NCBI GenBank assembly: GCA_951406725.2
Contig: OX597820.1
Span: 992,001-1,056,000 of the forward strand
Origin: Octopus vulgaris
Lineage: Eukaryota
DNA: 64,000 bases
Direction: 5' to 3'
A model generated the notes under the pieces. The model did no database searches, had not been told where the DNA came from, and worked only from the letters and a program-made list of their open reading frames with translations. Position numbers and translations under genes: made by a program. Each line of letters opens with the position of its first letter. Position 1 is the first letter of the stretch. Below are positions 39,711 to 54,360 of this stretch, piece by piece.

Positions 39711-39850
39711 GGATGGATGGATGGATGGATGGATAGATAGATAGATAGATAGACAAATAGATAGATAGGCAGATAGATAGATAGACAGACAGATAGGCAG
39801 ATAGATAGATAGAATAGACAGACAGACAGATAGATAGACAGAAAGATAGA
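39599..39850. repeat. (GATA/GACA/GATG)n tetranucleotide array
   Basis: Directly visible. Confidence 0.95.
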
Positions 39851-40719
39851 GTGGTGCAGGTTTTGAAGTAAGGAAATGCTATGGGTTTATCTGTTGCAGG
39901 AATATTTTCAAAACCATTTTGGCCAAATGTGCAAAGTTGGTGGAAGTCCTAGCTGCCCTTTGCAAGACAAAGGAACTTGTAGAACATGGCATGCATAGAA
40001 GCATTCTTTGCATTCCTGGTTGTCCTTCTGCAGACATTACTTTTGGTTATGATGCATGCTGTCCTCTAAACTGTGTGCGTGTGTGTGTGTATGTGTATGT
40101 GTGTGTGTGTGTGCTATCTTTAAGCTATGCAGCAGCCACGGACGAAGCCAGTTGGGAGGGTTGTGAGGTATGTCAAGGGATCTGTGCTTTATCTGCAACA
40201 GATCTGTGAGAGCCTGCTTAGCTAATCTCAGGAGGATTAGAGATGGAAAACATTTGCTGCCGATCATCGTAGAAGTAGAACCGATTCTGTTTGTGTCCTT
40301 TTACTAGTTTCAATCACTGGACCATGACCATTCTGGAGCACTGCCTTGAAGGATTTATTTAAATAAAACAACTCTAGGGTTATTTTTATGCTATTTTTAT
40401 CTATTTAAAGTCTGGTACTAATTCTATTGTTCCCTTTTGCTGAACTGCTAAGTTATAGGGACATAAACAAACCAACACCAGTTGTCAAATGATAGCATGG
40501 AGGTTTATCATTCCTTTTTACATGCTGTCATGGGTTGGACTGGAGCATGTAGTGAAAGGGATTGGTATATTTTAATAGCAGTTGTTACTGTTGTTGGTAT
40601 GTAGCCTAAGCCAGCCCTGATTGAGCAGGCTTTTAATTAAAGAAATTCCAACCCTCTGATTTTCTCAGGGCATAGTCTATATGAAACTGTAGTATTCAAT
40701 GTGTCCTTCATTTCTACTT

Positions 40720-40928
40720 TTCTACTACAGACACAAGGCCTGAGATTTGGTGGGGGGGGGAGTTGATTAGATTGGCCCCAGTATGCAACTGGTACTTAAT
40801 TTATCAACCCCGAAAGGATGAAAGGCAAAGTCAACCCGAGCGGAATTTGAACTCAGAACATAAAGATAGACGAAATACCGCTAAGCATTTTGCCCAGCAT
40901 GCTAACATTTCTGCCAGCTTGCCGCCTT
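40720..40928 (-). mobile_element. SINE family B
   Basis: Matches family B. Confidence 0.85.
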
Positions 40929-41144
40929 CTAAGATAATATATTATGGTATTGAATCACGGAGTTAGCAGAGCATTGCTCAAAATGCCATGTAAATATCCC
41001 CCAAGGGCACATCCCAACACATCTTTGTCATCACCTTTCTCACTAATGTTTTCCTTATCTTACTCTCCAACTTACTCTCCCTTCTTATTCAACTTTGTTA
41101 ATCCGTGTATTTACAGCTGAGCACCTACCTCTGTCTCTCTATAC

Positions 41145-41421
41145 CAGTAGTTTCCAAACTTTTTCAGGCTGCCACCCCCTTGAAACCTAGGCCACATTTC
41201 TAGCGACCCCACCCCAACTAACCATCACAAACAGAGACCTCTTTCTGGAGCAAATTCAAAGCAACTGGTTTTCCCAAAGAAAACTTAACCTAATAAACCC
41301 ATTATTTTGTTGTTTTTTACATGACTCCCTCCCCCCATTATCATCCAACTTTTCTTCAACGCCCCCTTGGAACTTTCCCCCACCCCCAGGGGGGTAATAC
41401 CACCCACTTTGGGAACCACTG
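41145..41421. mobile_element. hAT MITE with 8-bp TSD
   Basis: TIRs cagtagtttccaaa / tttgggaaccactg; TSD ctctatac / ctctatat. Confidence 0.85.
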
Positions 41422-42083
41422 CTCTATATTTTTAATCTCTTGACTGGCACAAAGCCACCCTGCCTCCCTGTGAAGATGTTTTACCCTTTTTGTCTTGCAT
41501 GGTACTTGAGAACCCTGTCAGTGCTGGTCCCGCGTTAAAAGTACCCAGCACACTTTGTAAAGTGGCTGGCATTAGGAAGGGCATCCAGCTGTAGAAACCC
41601 TGCCAAAACAGACAAGGGAACCTTGGGGCAGCCCTTGGCCTTCCCAGTTCCTGTCAAACTCTCCAATTCATGGAAAACAGACACTAAATGGTCATGGTTC
41701 TTTAAATCCCAAGTTCAAATCCTACTCTAGCTGACTTAGTCTTTCGTCCATCTGAAGGTAATAAAATACCAGTCATGTACTGAGGGTTAATACATACATC
41801 CCCCACAAGCATGTGTCCTGGTCCATATGTTGAATTGTAATGGTAACCATTGTTTACCTACAAATTGGTCAGCCTTGCTTTAGCAGACCTCTAACCAACA
41901 AAGACATTCTGGCCATGACCATTCCAACTATTAATCAAGTGCCATGCATCCAGAACCATGTTAGCCATTGCATGCCTTTCACTCTTTTTTTTTTTTATAT
42001 CAGAGAGACTTTAGCTGCTATTTCTAGCAGGTCAAGCAACCACAAAGAGGCTGTTTCATTTGCCAATAGTAAATAATAGTGGC

Positions 42084-42130
<47 letters not shown>

Positions 42131-43596
42131 CAGCAGCAGCAGTAATAGTGGTAGTTACTGTAGCAGCAGCAGTTGTTGATGTAGTGGTTTTAGCAATAGT
42201 AGTTTATTGATTATTGATCTCGTTTCCCCTGTTGATATAGCAGCAGCAGCAGCAGCAGCAGCAGTACTGGTGGTGATTGCTATTGATTGATTGATTGTGA
42301 TTAGAGTAGCAGTGGTGGTGGTGGTAGTAGTAGCTTGGTATTGTGGTTGCAATTGTCATTTAGTAGTAGTAGTATTAGTAGTAGTAGTGGTGGTGGTGGT
42401 GGTGTTAGTAGTAGCGAGTGTATTTGAGGTAGTATTTGTGATGGTGACAGGAGTGGTGATGGTGGTAGAAGTTGTGGAAGAGGTGGTGGTAGTAGCGGTG
42501 ATGATAATAGTAGTGGTTGTGGTGTGTTAAAAACAATACTAGTAGTAGTAGTAGTATGATAACATATAAATTTAATAACAGTTGTTGTTGAGTGTCAGGT
42601 CGTCCCCTAATCTTCTAGGACCTTATCAGACTGGCACTGAAAAAAATCATATTCCACCCAACCAGGACCATCCTGTCTTGGGATACCCAGAAATATGTTA
42701 TTCAATGAGTCCCTTCTTTTTCCTAATGCTTAAAGTAGGATTTCGGTTAAATTTACCATCTATTTCTAGGAGGGAGAAACCATTCTGTAGAAGTTTCTTT
42801 AATGATTCAGTAATAGTTACAAGACCAGCAAATTGAGGGGAGGGTGTTTATTGATTCTGTCAGTCTCTTTTACCAAACTGCTAGGTTATAGGGATGTAAA
42901 CACTCCAACAATGGTTGTCAAGCAGTGTTGGGGAGACACACAGACACACTGAAGCTTCCTTGATAACTCAGTAATAGTCACAAGACCAGAAAACTGAAGG
43001 GTGGGTGTTGGTTATATCAACCCCTGTATTTAACTGCTACTTTATTTTATCGACTCCTGAAGGGAAGATGAAAGGCAAACTTGACTCAGTGGGATTTGAG
43101 CTTAATTACTTGAGTCAGAGTTTAATGAAGGTGACTCCTTGAAACCTCTGTGGTGAGTCCTTGGGTTCACAGAGCCAGTTACTCAATTTCTATGGCATTG
43201 AAGTGACTGAGATCCCTTGAACATTCCCCTTGAACAGGACACCAGTTGATTGCATGGGGACTCTTTTGCAGCTGAGCAGACTGGAGCAACATGGAATGAA
43301 GAGTTTTGCTTAAAAACATAAAGCACTGCCTGATCTGGGAATTGAAACCATGATCTTTCAATTATGAGTGTAATACCCTAATCACTAACTTTCATGCCTT
43401 CATTGGTTTAATGAAGATGTTTGTTTATTTTGTAACAATTTCTGGTTTGCTTTTCATGCCTTGCTGCTTTTTACACCAATTCTTCAGACAACCATCGCTG
43501 AGTTGAAGTTTGGTAAAGAAGCCATGAGTTTGTTCTTTAGTACCAGGTCAGCCCCAATCAAGCAGACCTTGCCTTCTTGGAGATCGTCCTACATTA

Positions 43597-43987
43597 GCGT
43601 GTGGCTGTGTAGCAAGAAGCTTGCTTCCCAACCACATGGTTCCAGGTTCAGTCCCATTGCGTGGCACCTCGGGCAAGTGTCTTCTACTATAGCTTTGGGC
43701 TGAGCAAAGCATTGTGAGTGGATTTGGTAGACAGAAACTGAAAGAAGCCCATTATATATGTATATATATGTGTGTGTGTGTGTGTGTGAGTGAGTATGTC
43801 CCCACCACCATTGCTTGACAACCAGTGTCAGTGTGTTTACATCCCCATAACCTAGCAGTTTGGCAAAAGACACCAATAGACTAAGTACTAGGCTTACAAA
43901 GAATAAGTCCTGGGGTCGGTTTCTTTGACAAAAGGCAGTGCTCCAGCATGGCTACAGTCGGGTGACTGAAACAAATAAAAGAATAAA
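43597..43987 (+). mobile_element. Full-length SINE family A
   Basis: Complete head-to-tail match to the other copies. Confidence 0.9.
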
Positions 43988-43989
43988 GG

Positions 43990-44735
43990 AACATCGAAGA
44001 CTATTAAGAATATCTTGAACAAAACATGAAAACTAACCAAGAGCTAACAAATGCCAAAAGACCATTTCTATAAAACTAAGCAAAGCAAGCTTAAGTACTT
44101 TGGTTACAGAGAGCAGAAGGTTTACAAAACCTTTTGCCAGAAGGAAAGATAAATGGCAAACGCTGAAGAGGAAGACTCAACCATTTTTTTCCCCATGGCC
44201 CTCTTTTTTCTATTTTATTTGGATGGACCCTCATTGCTATTTGATGTTTGGGAAACCCTTTTATATTTTTAGAATTAGATATTATGAGAAATTATATCAT
44301 CATCATCGTTTAATGTCCGTTTTCCGCGCTAGCATGGGTTGGACGGTTTGACCGGGGTCTGGGAAGCCAGGAGGCTGCACCAGGCTCCAGTCTGATCTGG
44401 CAGTGTTTCTACAGCTGGATGCCCTTCCTAATGCCAACCACTCCGTGAGTGTTGTGGGTGCTTTTTTCATATGAAATATTAAAAAAGAAAATTGTTAAAA
44501 TGTTTTGTGTATTGTAGAAGTGTACTTAAATTTGAATAGGAAAATCTTATGTGGACGCCACCAAAGGGGCCATATGGACCCTGGTGGAGAAGCATTGAAC
44601 TAGAACAAACTGGTTTGATGACATCAAGAAATGGACTGAAACTGTTGTATGACGGTGAATGTGTAAGAATGGCAGAGAAAAAAGGGCAGATGCAGATCCT
44701 CAATATTGAACTTTCTGAGAACAGATGACACCTGA
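43990..44735 (+). mobile_element. RTE LINE 3' fragment split by a hAT MITE
   Basis: RRLLRIS...KLKYFG...EGKINGKR*RGR | RTNWFDDIKKWTE...CVRMAE, followed by an expanded (GAT)n tail. Confidence 0.75.
44176..44597. mobile_element. hAT MITE containing a family C insertion (44297-44468, minus strand)
   Basis: ctcaaccatttt... / ccatatggaccctggtggagaagcattg. Similar to 3889-4112. Confidence 0.65.
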
Positions 44736-45453
44736 TGATGACGATGATGACAACGATAATGATGGTGGTGATGATGATGATGATGATGACGATGGTGATG
44801 ATGATGACGATGATGATGATGGTGATGATGATGATGACAATGATGGTGGTGGTGTGATGATGGTGATGATGATGATGACAATAATGATGGTGGTGATGAT
44901 GACGACGATGATGATGACGATGATGATAATGATGGTGATGATGATGATGACAATAATGATAGTGGTGGTGGTGATGATGATGATGATGGTGATGGCATGG
45001 TTCACTTCAGTGTATGAGAGTGCTTAAGATCAGGTTACCATTTTCTCTGGGTCCCAAGTAGCGTTTTAGAATCTCAACTATAGCAGCATTGATTTCTTCA
45101 ATATGCCAAAGTCTTCAGATTCTTAAGGAGAAGGACGATAGAAAAGTTTGGCATAATGTGTTTTTCCCAAGTGAATTAGCAATGGAAGTGAAATCCTTCA
45201 AAAGCCAAATTGAAACGAGGCCAAAGAGTCGTTACAATAACGACTTAACACCAGATCACGACATCACCAATTATAAGTCAAGTGTGTGTGTGTGTATGTG
45301 TGTGTGTATGTGTATGTGTGTTTGTGTGTGTGTGTATGTGTGTTTGTGTGTGTGTATGTGTGTTTGTGTGTGTGTATGTGTGTGTGTGTGGTTAATGCTA
45401 CTGTTTCTTGCTAGAATCCAACAGTTTAGATTCCAGTTATGTTTATTGTAATA

Positions 45454-46403
<950 letters not shown>

Positions 46404-46598
46404 GTTTCATAGAATGTAGTTGGAAAAGAAAACCAACCATAGCGTTTACATCATATATATACATGGCATTTTGGGAAAATATCTTCTACTAAACCCTCAT
46501 GCCAACCCGAAGCCTTGGGAGTGGATTTGGTAGATGGAAACTGAAAGAAGCACTTTCGTATATGTGTGTATGTGTTTGTGTGTGTGTGTGTGTGTATA

Positions 46599-46758
46599 GG
46601 TGCAGGTGTGGCTGTGGTAATAAGTTTGCTTCCCAACCACATGGCTCCAGGTTCATTTCTGCTGTGTGGCACTTTGACCAAGTGTCTTCTGTTATAGCTT
46701 CAGGCTGACCAAAGACTTCTGAGTGGATTTGATAGACAGAAACTGAAAGAAGCCTGTC

Positions 46759-46803
<45 letters not shown>

Positions 46804-47023
46804 TGTGTGTCAGCGTTTGTCCCGCACCATTTCTTGTCAACCAGTGTTGGTGTGTTTATGTCCCTGTAACTTAGTGGTTCAGTAAAAGTGACCAATAGGA
46901 TAAATACCAGGCTTTAAAAAAAAAGTACTGGGGTTAATACAATTGATTAAAATTTCTCAAGGTGATGCCCCAGTATGGCCACAGTCTAATGACTGAAGCA
47001 AGGGAAAGATAATAGATAAAGCA

Positions 47024-47073
<50 letters not shown>

Positions 47074-47305
47074 CTCCACAATAAAAAGTTGGGTGCTGAT
47101 CTGCAACTTGAATAGTTTTCAATTTAACCTTAAAAAATTTTATGGTGCAAGAATGGCTGTGTGGTAAGAAGCTTGCTTCCCAACCACATGGTTCTGGGTT
47201 CAGTCCCACTGCATGGCACCTTGGGCAAGTTTCTTCTACTAGAGCCTGAAGCTGATCAAAACTATGTGAGTGGATTTGGTAGACAGAAACTGAAAGAAGC
47301 CCATC

Positions 47306-47351
<46 letters not shown>

Positions 47352-47551
47352 TGTGTGTGTGTGTTTGTGTGTCTCTGTTCATTCCCCCACCATCGCTTGA
47401 CAACTGATAACAGTGTGTTTATGTCCCCTTAACTTAGTGGTTCAGCAAAAGAGACTGATAAAATAAGTCCTGGAGTCAATTTGTTCGACTAAAAGCAGTG
47501 CTCCACCATGGCCACAGTGAAATGACTGAAACAAGTAAAAGAATAAAAGAA
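46599..47551 (+). mobile_element. Two further family A SINEs (46599-47010 and 47144-47551)
   Basis: Head-to-tail matches to the other copies. Confidence 0.85.
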
Positions 47552-47964
47552 TATATGCAGAGAGAGCGAATCATGAATTCTATTAACAATTAAATGTGCC
47601 GCCATCACATGTCACCATAATAAAAGCAATCAGCAGTTCTTTTTGAGGAATTCTTCCAGTTCTAATTTGTTCTTCACAGATATTTCTGGCATTTTTGTTC
47701 ACCATTTTCGTCTATTGTCCTATACTGTGACTGGCGGGGCTGCATTATGTTATCATCCACCATGTGGGCTGCATCAATAGCAAAGCATCTGATGTCTGGA
47801 ATTTAAGTTCTACACAGAAAATTAAGGTACATTGTTGCACTCGACTCAACAATGAGGGGTTCTCATGTTTTGGCTTGACTTGCTAGAAATAACAACTACA
47901 ATCTCCTTAAAAATAAAAATGGAAATTTCCTCTCCAAGACACAATCCTGGACATGGTATTTTTA

Positions 47965-48300
47965 TTGGTGAGCACAAGGCCCAGTACTTGTGGTATGATG
48001 TATCTCAGTAACCCTGAGAGCCATGCCAGCAGGGTGCAAATGCCTAGGCCGATCAGAGGATGGAGGCCAGTCTAATATGGGCCACCTCTTCTCTGAGGTA
48101 AAAATGGGATGGTCAATAGCCCTTAACTAGAAAAAAGAAAAGTTACAGCAACCAACAAGACTTGAGGGAGGAAGGCCTCCCCTCGGGGAAATACAGGAAG
48201 CAAAATCTGAAAGGATGGATAGACCACACCGTAAAGAAGCCAGCATCCTGCATTGCATATGTCAGGCCCTCACATGGAACTCAGAAGAGAACTAGAAGAG
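47965..48300 (+). mobile_element. Older bipartite RTE-derived element
   Basis: RTE 5'UTR-like accctgagagccatgccagcaggg...ggaggccagtctaa joined to an RTE-like 3' end. No clear TSD. Confidence 0.5.
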
Positions 48301-48324
48301 CTGGTACCTCTAATAATTCTTTGA

Positions 48325-49060
48325 GGCGCTGGCAGAATCGTTAGTGCCAGGTGAAATGCTTAGCGGTATTTTGGCTGCTGTTACATTCTGATTTCAAATT
48401 CTGCCAAGGTCAACTTTGCTTTCATCTTTTTGGGGTCGATTAAATAAGTACCAGTTACACACTGGGGTCGATGTAATCAGCTTAATCCCTTTGTCGGTCT
48501 TTGTTTGTCCTCTCTATGTTTAGCCCCTCTGTGGGCAATAAAGAAATAAATAATTATTTCTAATTTTGACATGAGGAAGCAATTTTAAGGGGAGGGGCAA
48601 GGAAGTTACAACCACCTTCAATATTTGACTGGTACTTTTAGTGACCCCTGAAGGGGTGAAAAGCAAAGTTGGCTTCAGTGACATTTGAACTCAGAATGTA
48701 AAGAACCAGAAGAAATACTGCTGAGCCGGACGTTAAACAGCAACAACAACAACAACAAGTTGCTGTGCAGTGCTGCATGATGGGAAGGAGGAGGGGGGAG
48801 CTGTTGTTTTATTTGGCATGAATGGAGAAGACTTTTAACTTCTTTCTGACTATTGTTCTTGCAATAAGGCCAGCAATTTCAGGGATGGGATAAGACAATG
48901 ACATCGACCCCAGTGTATCACTGGTACTTATTTAATTGACCGCCAAAGCGATGAAAGGCAAAGTCAACCCTAGTGGAATTTGAACTCAGAATGTAAAGAT
49001 GGACGAAATACTGCTGAGCCTTTTGCCCCCCAGTGTGCCAACGATTCCTCCCGCTCTCCA
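48325..49060. mobile_element. Three family B SINEs: + (48325-48550), - (48560-48725), - (48860-49060)
   Basis: Family B matches in opposing orientations. Confidence 0.8.
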
Positions 49061-49475
49061 CTTTATCACTAACACCACCAGCACTATCAGCATAGTCATC
49101 ATCATCACTAACAATGTCAGCGTCATCATCATCATCATCATCATCAAGCCAAGGGCGCTTCTATGTGACCACTTGACTTTCTAGAAATAGTAGCCAAATT
49201 TTCATCAAAGCACAATCAACTGTCTTCAATAGAGATGGGCATGTTCAATAGATTCAATAATGAATACAAAAAGGTAGGATGATCATGGTTGGAATGTCTT
49301 TGATTTTATATCTTCTAAATCAGAGCTAACCTGGGGCTAAACCACCATCATCATCATCATCACTGCCACCATCACCAACACTATCATAATCATCACCATT
49401 GTAATCATCATCATCATCATCATGCTAGTTAGAGATCACATTGTATCCGTGGTATTTGTATGATTAAATTTCTTT

Positions 49476-49871
49476 GGCTGTGTGGTAAGACACTTGCTTC
49501 CCAACCACATGGTTCCGGGTTCAATCCTACTGCATGGCACCTTGGGCAAGTGTCTTCTACTATAGCCTCAGCTTGACTAAAGCCTTGTAAGTGGATTTGG
49601 TAGATGGAAACTGAAAGAAGCCCGTTGTATAAATATGTGTGTGTGTGTGCGTGTGTGTGTGTATGTATGTTTGTGTGTCTGTGTTTGTCCCCCACTGTCA
49701 CTTGACAACCGATATTGGCATATTTACATGCCTGTAACTTAGTGGTTCAGGAAAAGAGACCAATAGAATAAGTTCTAGGCTTACAACGAATAAGCCCTAG
49801 GGTCGATTTGTTTGACTAAAGGTGGTGCTCCAGCATGGCCACAGCCAAATGACTGAAACAAGTAAAAGAAT
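49476..49871 (+). mobile_element. SINE family A
   Basis: Head-to-tail match to the other copies. Confidence 0.9.
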
Positions 49872-51936
49872 ACTCCAGAGGAAAAGGTGTTGAATCCTTA
49901 ATAATGAGCATAGGAAAAGCATGAATATAGCAAAATTCCATTATTTCTCTCTTAAAAATCTGGGGTATTGATCAAGTCCTATTGATCAGAAGTCCTATTG
50001 AACAGCAAGAGAAGTCTTCAAGAGAGTTCATAATTCTTCGATGGAGTTATTTTTATCATTTCAAAATGAAAGAAAAATCAAATTTCTTTTTACTTGAACG
50101 TAGAATCTGATCTACACCAAAAATATAAAAGAGTCATCCTCGTCGTTTTAACATCCACTTTTACATGCTGGCATGGGTCGGACAAAGTCTATGGTAGCAG
50201 ATTTCTTTACAGCCAAATGCCCTTCCTATCAGCGGCTCTTACCTGTTTCCAAGCAAGGTAATATTACCTCATGGTCACATACATTTCAGCTGAATATCAG
50301 AGATGAATGACACTGCTTGTGTAACAGTGACACTCATTTACAGTTGTCAGACTATGCCAATACCAGGAGACATAAACATACACACACTCGCACACACTTG
50401 GGCATTTATGTGTTAAATAAGAATAGGATAAAAACCTTGAAGAATGCTATGCAAAGCCCATCTGCAGTTGTTGGCTACCTGGTGTCACCGTACAGAATTG
50501 TCTGTAAACTGCTGTAAATGATACATCACTTTGAGTTTGTATTCTAACACTGAGTGAAATGTTGGTGGGGTCTAATGAAGGACTAATTTAAACGATTACA
50601 TGAGGAGGTGTATTTTTCACCCTGGATGGATATATAATGATTACACCAATGTACTGCAGGGGTAAAAATGTGTCGAAACAATTGTAGTGATTATGAATAA
50701 TGTCATTCATTCCATTTTCTATCCTTTATCTATATAATAAATAAACATGCATGTATGTGTATGTGTGTATGATGGGCTTCTTTCAGTTTCCATCTATCAA
50801 ATCCACTCACATGACATTGGTTGACCTGGGACTATAGTGGAAGTCACTTCACCCAAGGCACCACACAGTGGGATTGAACCTGAAATGGTGTACTTTAGAA
50901 GCAGATGTTTAACCCCCCCCCCCCCACCACCACACCTGCACCAACAATGTTGTGCCTCAAGACATTTTGGTTGTGTAATGTTTAATAAATCCCTTCTTTA
51001 CTCAACCATAGTTTAAAGATGATTGTGGACAACCAAATTGACCCAGACGTGACCTCAGTACCTTTAGCACACTACAAAAAATATATTCATTTTGCTTATT
51101 TTTTTGTTTAGTTTTTTTTGGTGGGTATTAGACTGTTTTTATTAACAAAATATTTTTTACAAGAAAAAAATAATATTAAAAATATCAAATATCAAATTAT
51201 CAAGAAAAAGCAAACTCATAACTACCTCACCAAGGAAAGAAAGAAACAAAGGAGTGGGGGGAGGGGGGATTAAGCAGCAGAAAATGGGGGTGGATGTAAT
51301 TGGGTCATACCCACCAGAGCAAATGGTGTGTTTAGCTGTGCCTCATAAACCTGATGTCAAGGGCCCTGCCATGGAGATTGGCCAGTGACACTCACTGCAA
51401 CAGTCATCTCACCTCACGGGACTCATTTCTCAGACATGTTTTTTAATTAAGATGTTTTCACCTCACAGCACTAATGCATTACTATTATAATTAATTAAAT
51501 AATATGTTATTAGAGTTAATTAACTGGAATGTTAATGACGGAAACAGCAACAACAATGATTAGTAGCAAAATGTTTTACCTTGATGTTAATAAGTTGCGA
51601 TAAAGCATTTTAATAAAAAAAACTGGCCTTGACTAACACCCCAACACCCCAACACCAGCAAGAATTTATGGAATTAGCCTGAAAACTTAACATGTAATGG
51701 AGTGGCAGAGAATACAGAAATGTCATTAGAGTTGCTGTGTCAATTGGCATTTTTAGCTGAAGTCAGCCAAAGATAAGGTTTCTTTCTTTAACTATCACAT
51801 CATCATCATTTAATGTCCATTTTCCATGCTAGCATAGAAAATGGACATTAAATGATGATGGCGGTGATAGTTAAGGAAATATCTGTGGCTGATGCAGTAA
51901 TATAACAGCATATAAACATACATACACACGAACACT

Positions 51937-52123
<187 letters not shown>

Positions 52124-52197
52124 GCACACACACACATATTGTTCACTTTGTCCCAGTCGATGTTTTATAGACTTCTGAATTTTCATTCTCTTTTCAG

Positions 52198-52238
52198 ATA
52201 AGATCTGGGCATCAAAAGCTCACAAGATAACAGTTTCT
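52198..52238 (+). CDS. Candidate internal coding micro-exon (41 nt, phase 1 to 0): (D)KIWASKAHKITVS
   Basis: Acceptor ttttcattctcttttcag, donor TCT|GTAAGT. The other two frames contain TAA. In phase with 26764-26833. Confidence 0.55.
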
Positions 52239-52454
52239 GTAAGTATTTCTCTCCCCTGTCGCCCCCCCCCCGCTATCTCTCTCATCTTCTTCTGTTGACC
52301 TTTCTCTGTTGATATTTTGTCTGCTGGTATTGTTTCATATTCACAAGTGATGGGAGGCAGGGAACTGAATCGGGTGCAAGGATTGCAGGGGCTGGCCAAA
52401 GTAATTTGCCAACTCTGACATTTAATCTTCACAGCAGGAAAGTTGTGTCTTTAT

Positions 52455-52900
52455 TTGGTTTTGGTGTCTCCCCTTACCTATGGTCATAAATGTTGAGAAA
52501 TGACCAAGAGAGTATGATCACGAACACAAGTGGTCAAAAGGGTGTTCATCTGGAGTATCTGTGGAGTAACCTCACTCAACAGCCTGCATAGCTCAGAGGT
52601 CAAGGAGTCTCTTCAAGTTGAGCAGCTACTCACCCTGCTTTGAGAGGTCATAGCTCTGCTACTATAGACATGTGTTCAAAATGTTGCAGGAAGGAATCAA
52701 GAGGGATTCTTCAAGCCAAGAGGCCTAGGGTAAACCCAGAATGAGATGGTTAGATAATGTCCATAGTTTCAGTTGGTCATATTTGGGCATCCAGCATAAT
52801 GACAGTTGCTTCTGATTGGACACCTCATGAAGGAGGTGTCTGAAAACTCTACCCTCACAACCCTCTCTGAGATAGTGGGATGAGAACACGGATGAACATT
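52455..52900 (+). mobile_element. Decayed RTE-clade LINE 3' fragment
   Basis: Broken motifs YGHKC..MTKRV, ESLQVEQLL, YRHVFKM and KRPRGKPRMRWLDNV. Confidence 0.75.
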
Positions 52901-54009
52901 GCCTACTTCTTTAATGATATTGTTGTTGCGTGGTACTTCTGCCTTTTGCAAAGAAGTACAGCGCTTTGATGCAATGGTTCAATTTGTTGAACAAAAAGTC
53001 TGAGCTGTTTTCCATGTGTAGGCATATGAAAACATCTCTCTTATAAAACTTCCAGTTGCAGATTGAGTAACAATCTCTATCACATCCTATTAAGGTCATT
53101 GCATAAAAAACAAAAAAATACAGGTGGCACATTATATTTTTCAACCTATCATGTTTGAGATGTTTAGAAGAACTTGACCACTCACAACATTTGTGGTAAT
53201 GCAGTTTCTATCTTGACTTGTTTCTGTTGACAGTAAAAAAAATAAATCAGAATGGAATTTACACCCTGATTATTTTATATATACACACACATATATATAT
53301 ACATACACACACATATATATATACATACACACATATACACACATCTACAAACATACACACACACACACAAGTGAGTGCATGTGTGTGTGTGTCCTAGTGT
53401 TCATGTGTGTGTGTCCTCCTTCACTACTTGACACCTGGTAATGGTTTGTTTATCTCTCCATGACTTAGCAGTTCTGTGGAGAAGACCATCATATATATGT
53501 GTGTGTGTGTGTGTGTCATTGTGGTTATCACCCCCACCATTGCTTGGCAACCAGTGTTGGTTCATTTACATTCCAGTAACATTAGCAGTCTGGCAAAAGA
53601 GACTGACAGAGTAAGTGCCAGACTTTAAAAAAAAGACCAAAAAAAAAAAAAAAAGAACCATAAGTCCTGGGGCTGATTAGTTTAATCATATTCCTTCAGG
53701 ATGGTGCCCCAGCATGGCCACAGTCAAATAACTGAAACAAGAAAAAGACAGAGACAAAGTATATTTATCATCCTTCTGCCACCCCTTCCCCACCTCCACT
53801 CCCATTTCTTCTCCAATTGTTCAAATGGAACAATTATGCCAAACTAACCTAATTCCGTTAATTCCTCAGTCTACACAGAATGTCAAAGGGTCACATGATT
53901 TGTCCCACAAAAGCTCCACAATAAAAACAATAAAAAAAAATTTTTTTTTTTTTTTTTAAATAGAAAAAATAGGAAGTGGCATGTGATTTGTTTGGAGGCT
54001 GAAGTTTGC

Positions 54010-54360
54010 TTTGCCAAGAAGTTTGTTTCCCAACCACATGGTTCTGGGTTCAGTCCCACTACGTGGTAGCTTGGGCAAATGTCTTCTACTATAGCCGCTG
54101 GCCGACCAAAGCTTTCTGAATGGGTTTGGTTGATGGAAACTGAAAGAAGCCCATTGTATACGTGTGTGTTTGTCCCCAACCTCCACTTAACCTAGCAGTT
54201 CAGCAAAAGAAACTGATAGAATAAGTGCCAGGCTTTAACAAAAACCCAAAAAGAAAAAAAAGACAAGTACCAGGTTTGATTTATTTCACTAAAATTTCTC
54301 AAGGTGGTGCTGCAGCTTGGCCACAGCCGAATGACTGAAACAAATAAAAGAATAAAATAC
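54010..54360 (+). mobile_element. SINE family A, internally deleted
   Basis: Matches family A. Confidence 0.85.

Noticed and set aside
39900-40167. Exon-like pieces near 39900 and 40125-40167
   Set aside because: Weak or unpaired splice sites, and phases do not fit between the two better exons.
47680-47826. Good branch point and acceptor at 47679
   Set aside because: All three frames stop before a credible donor.
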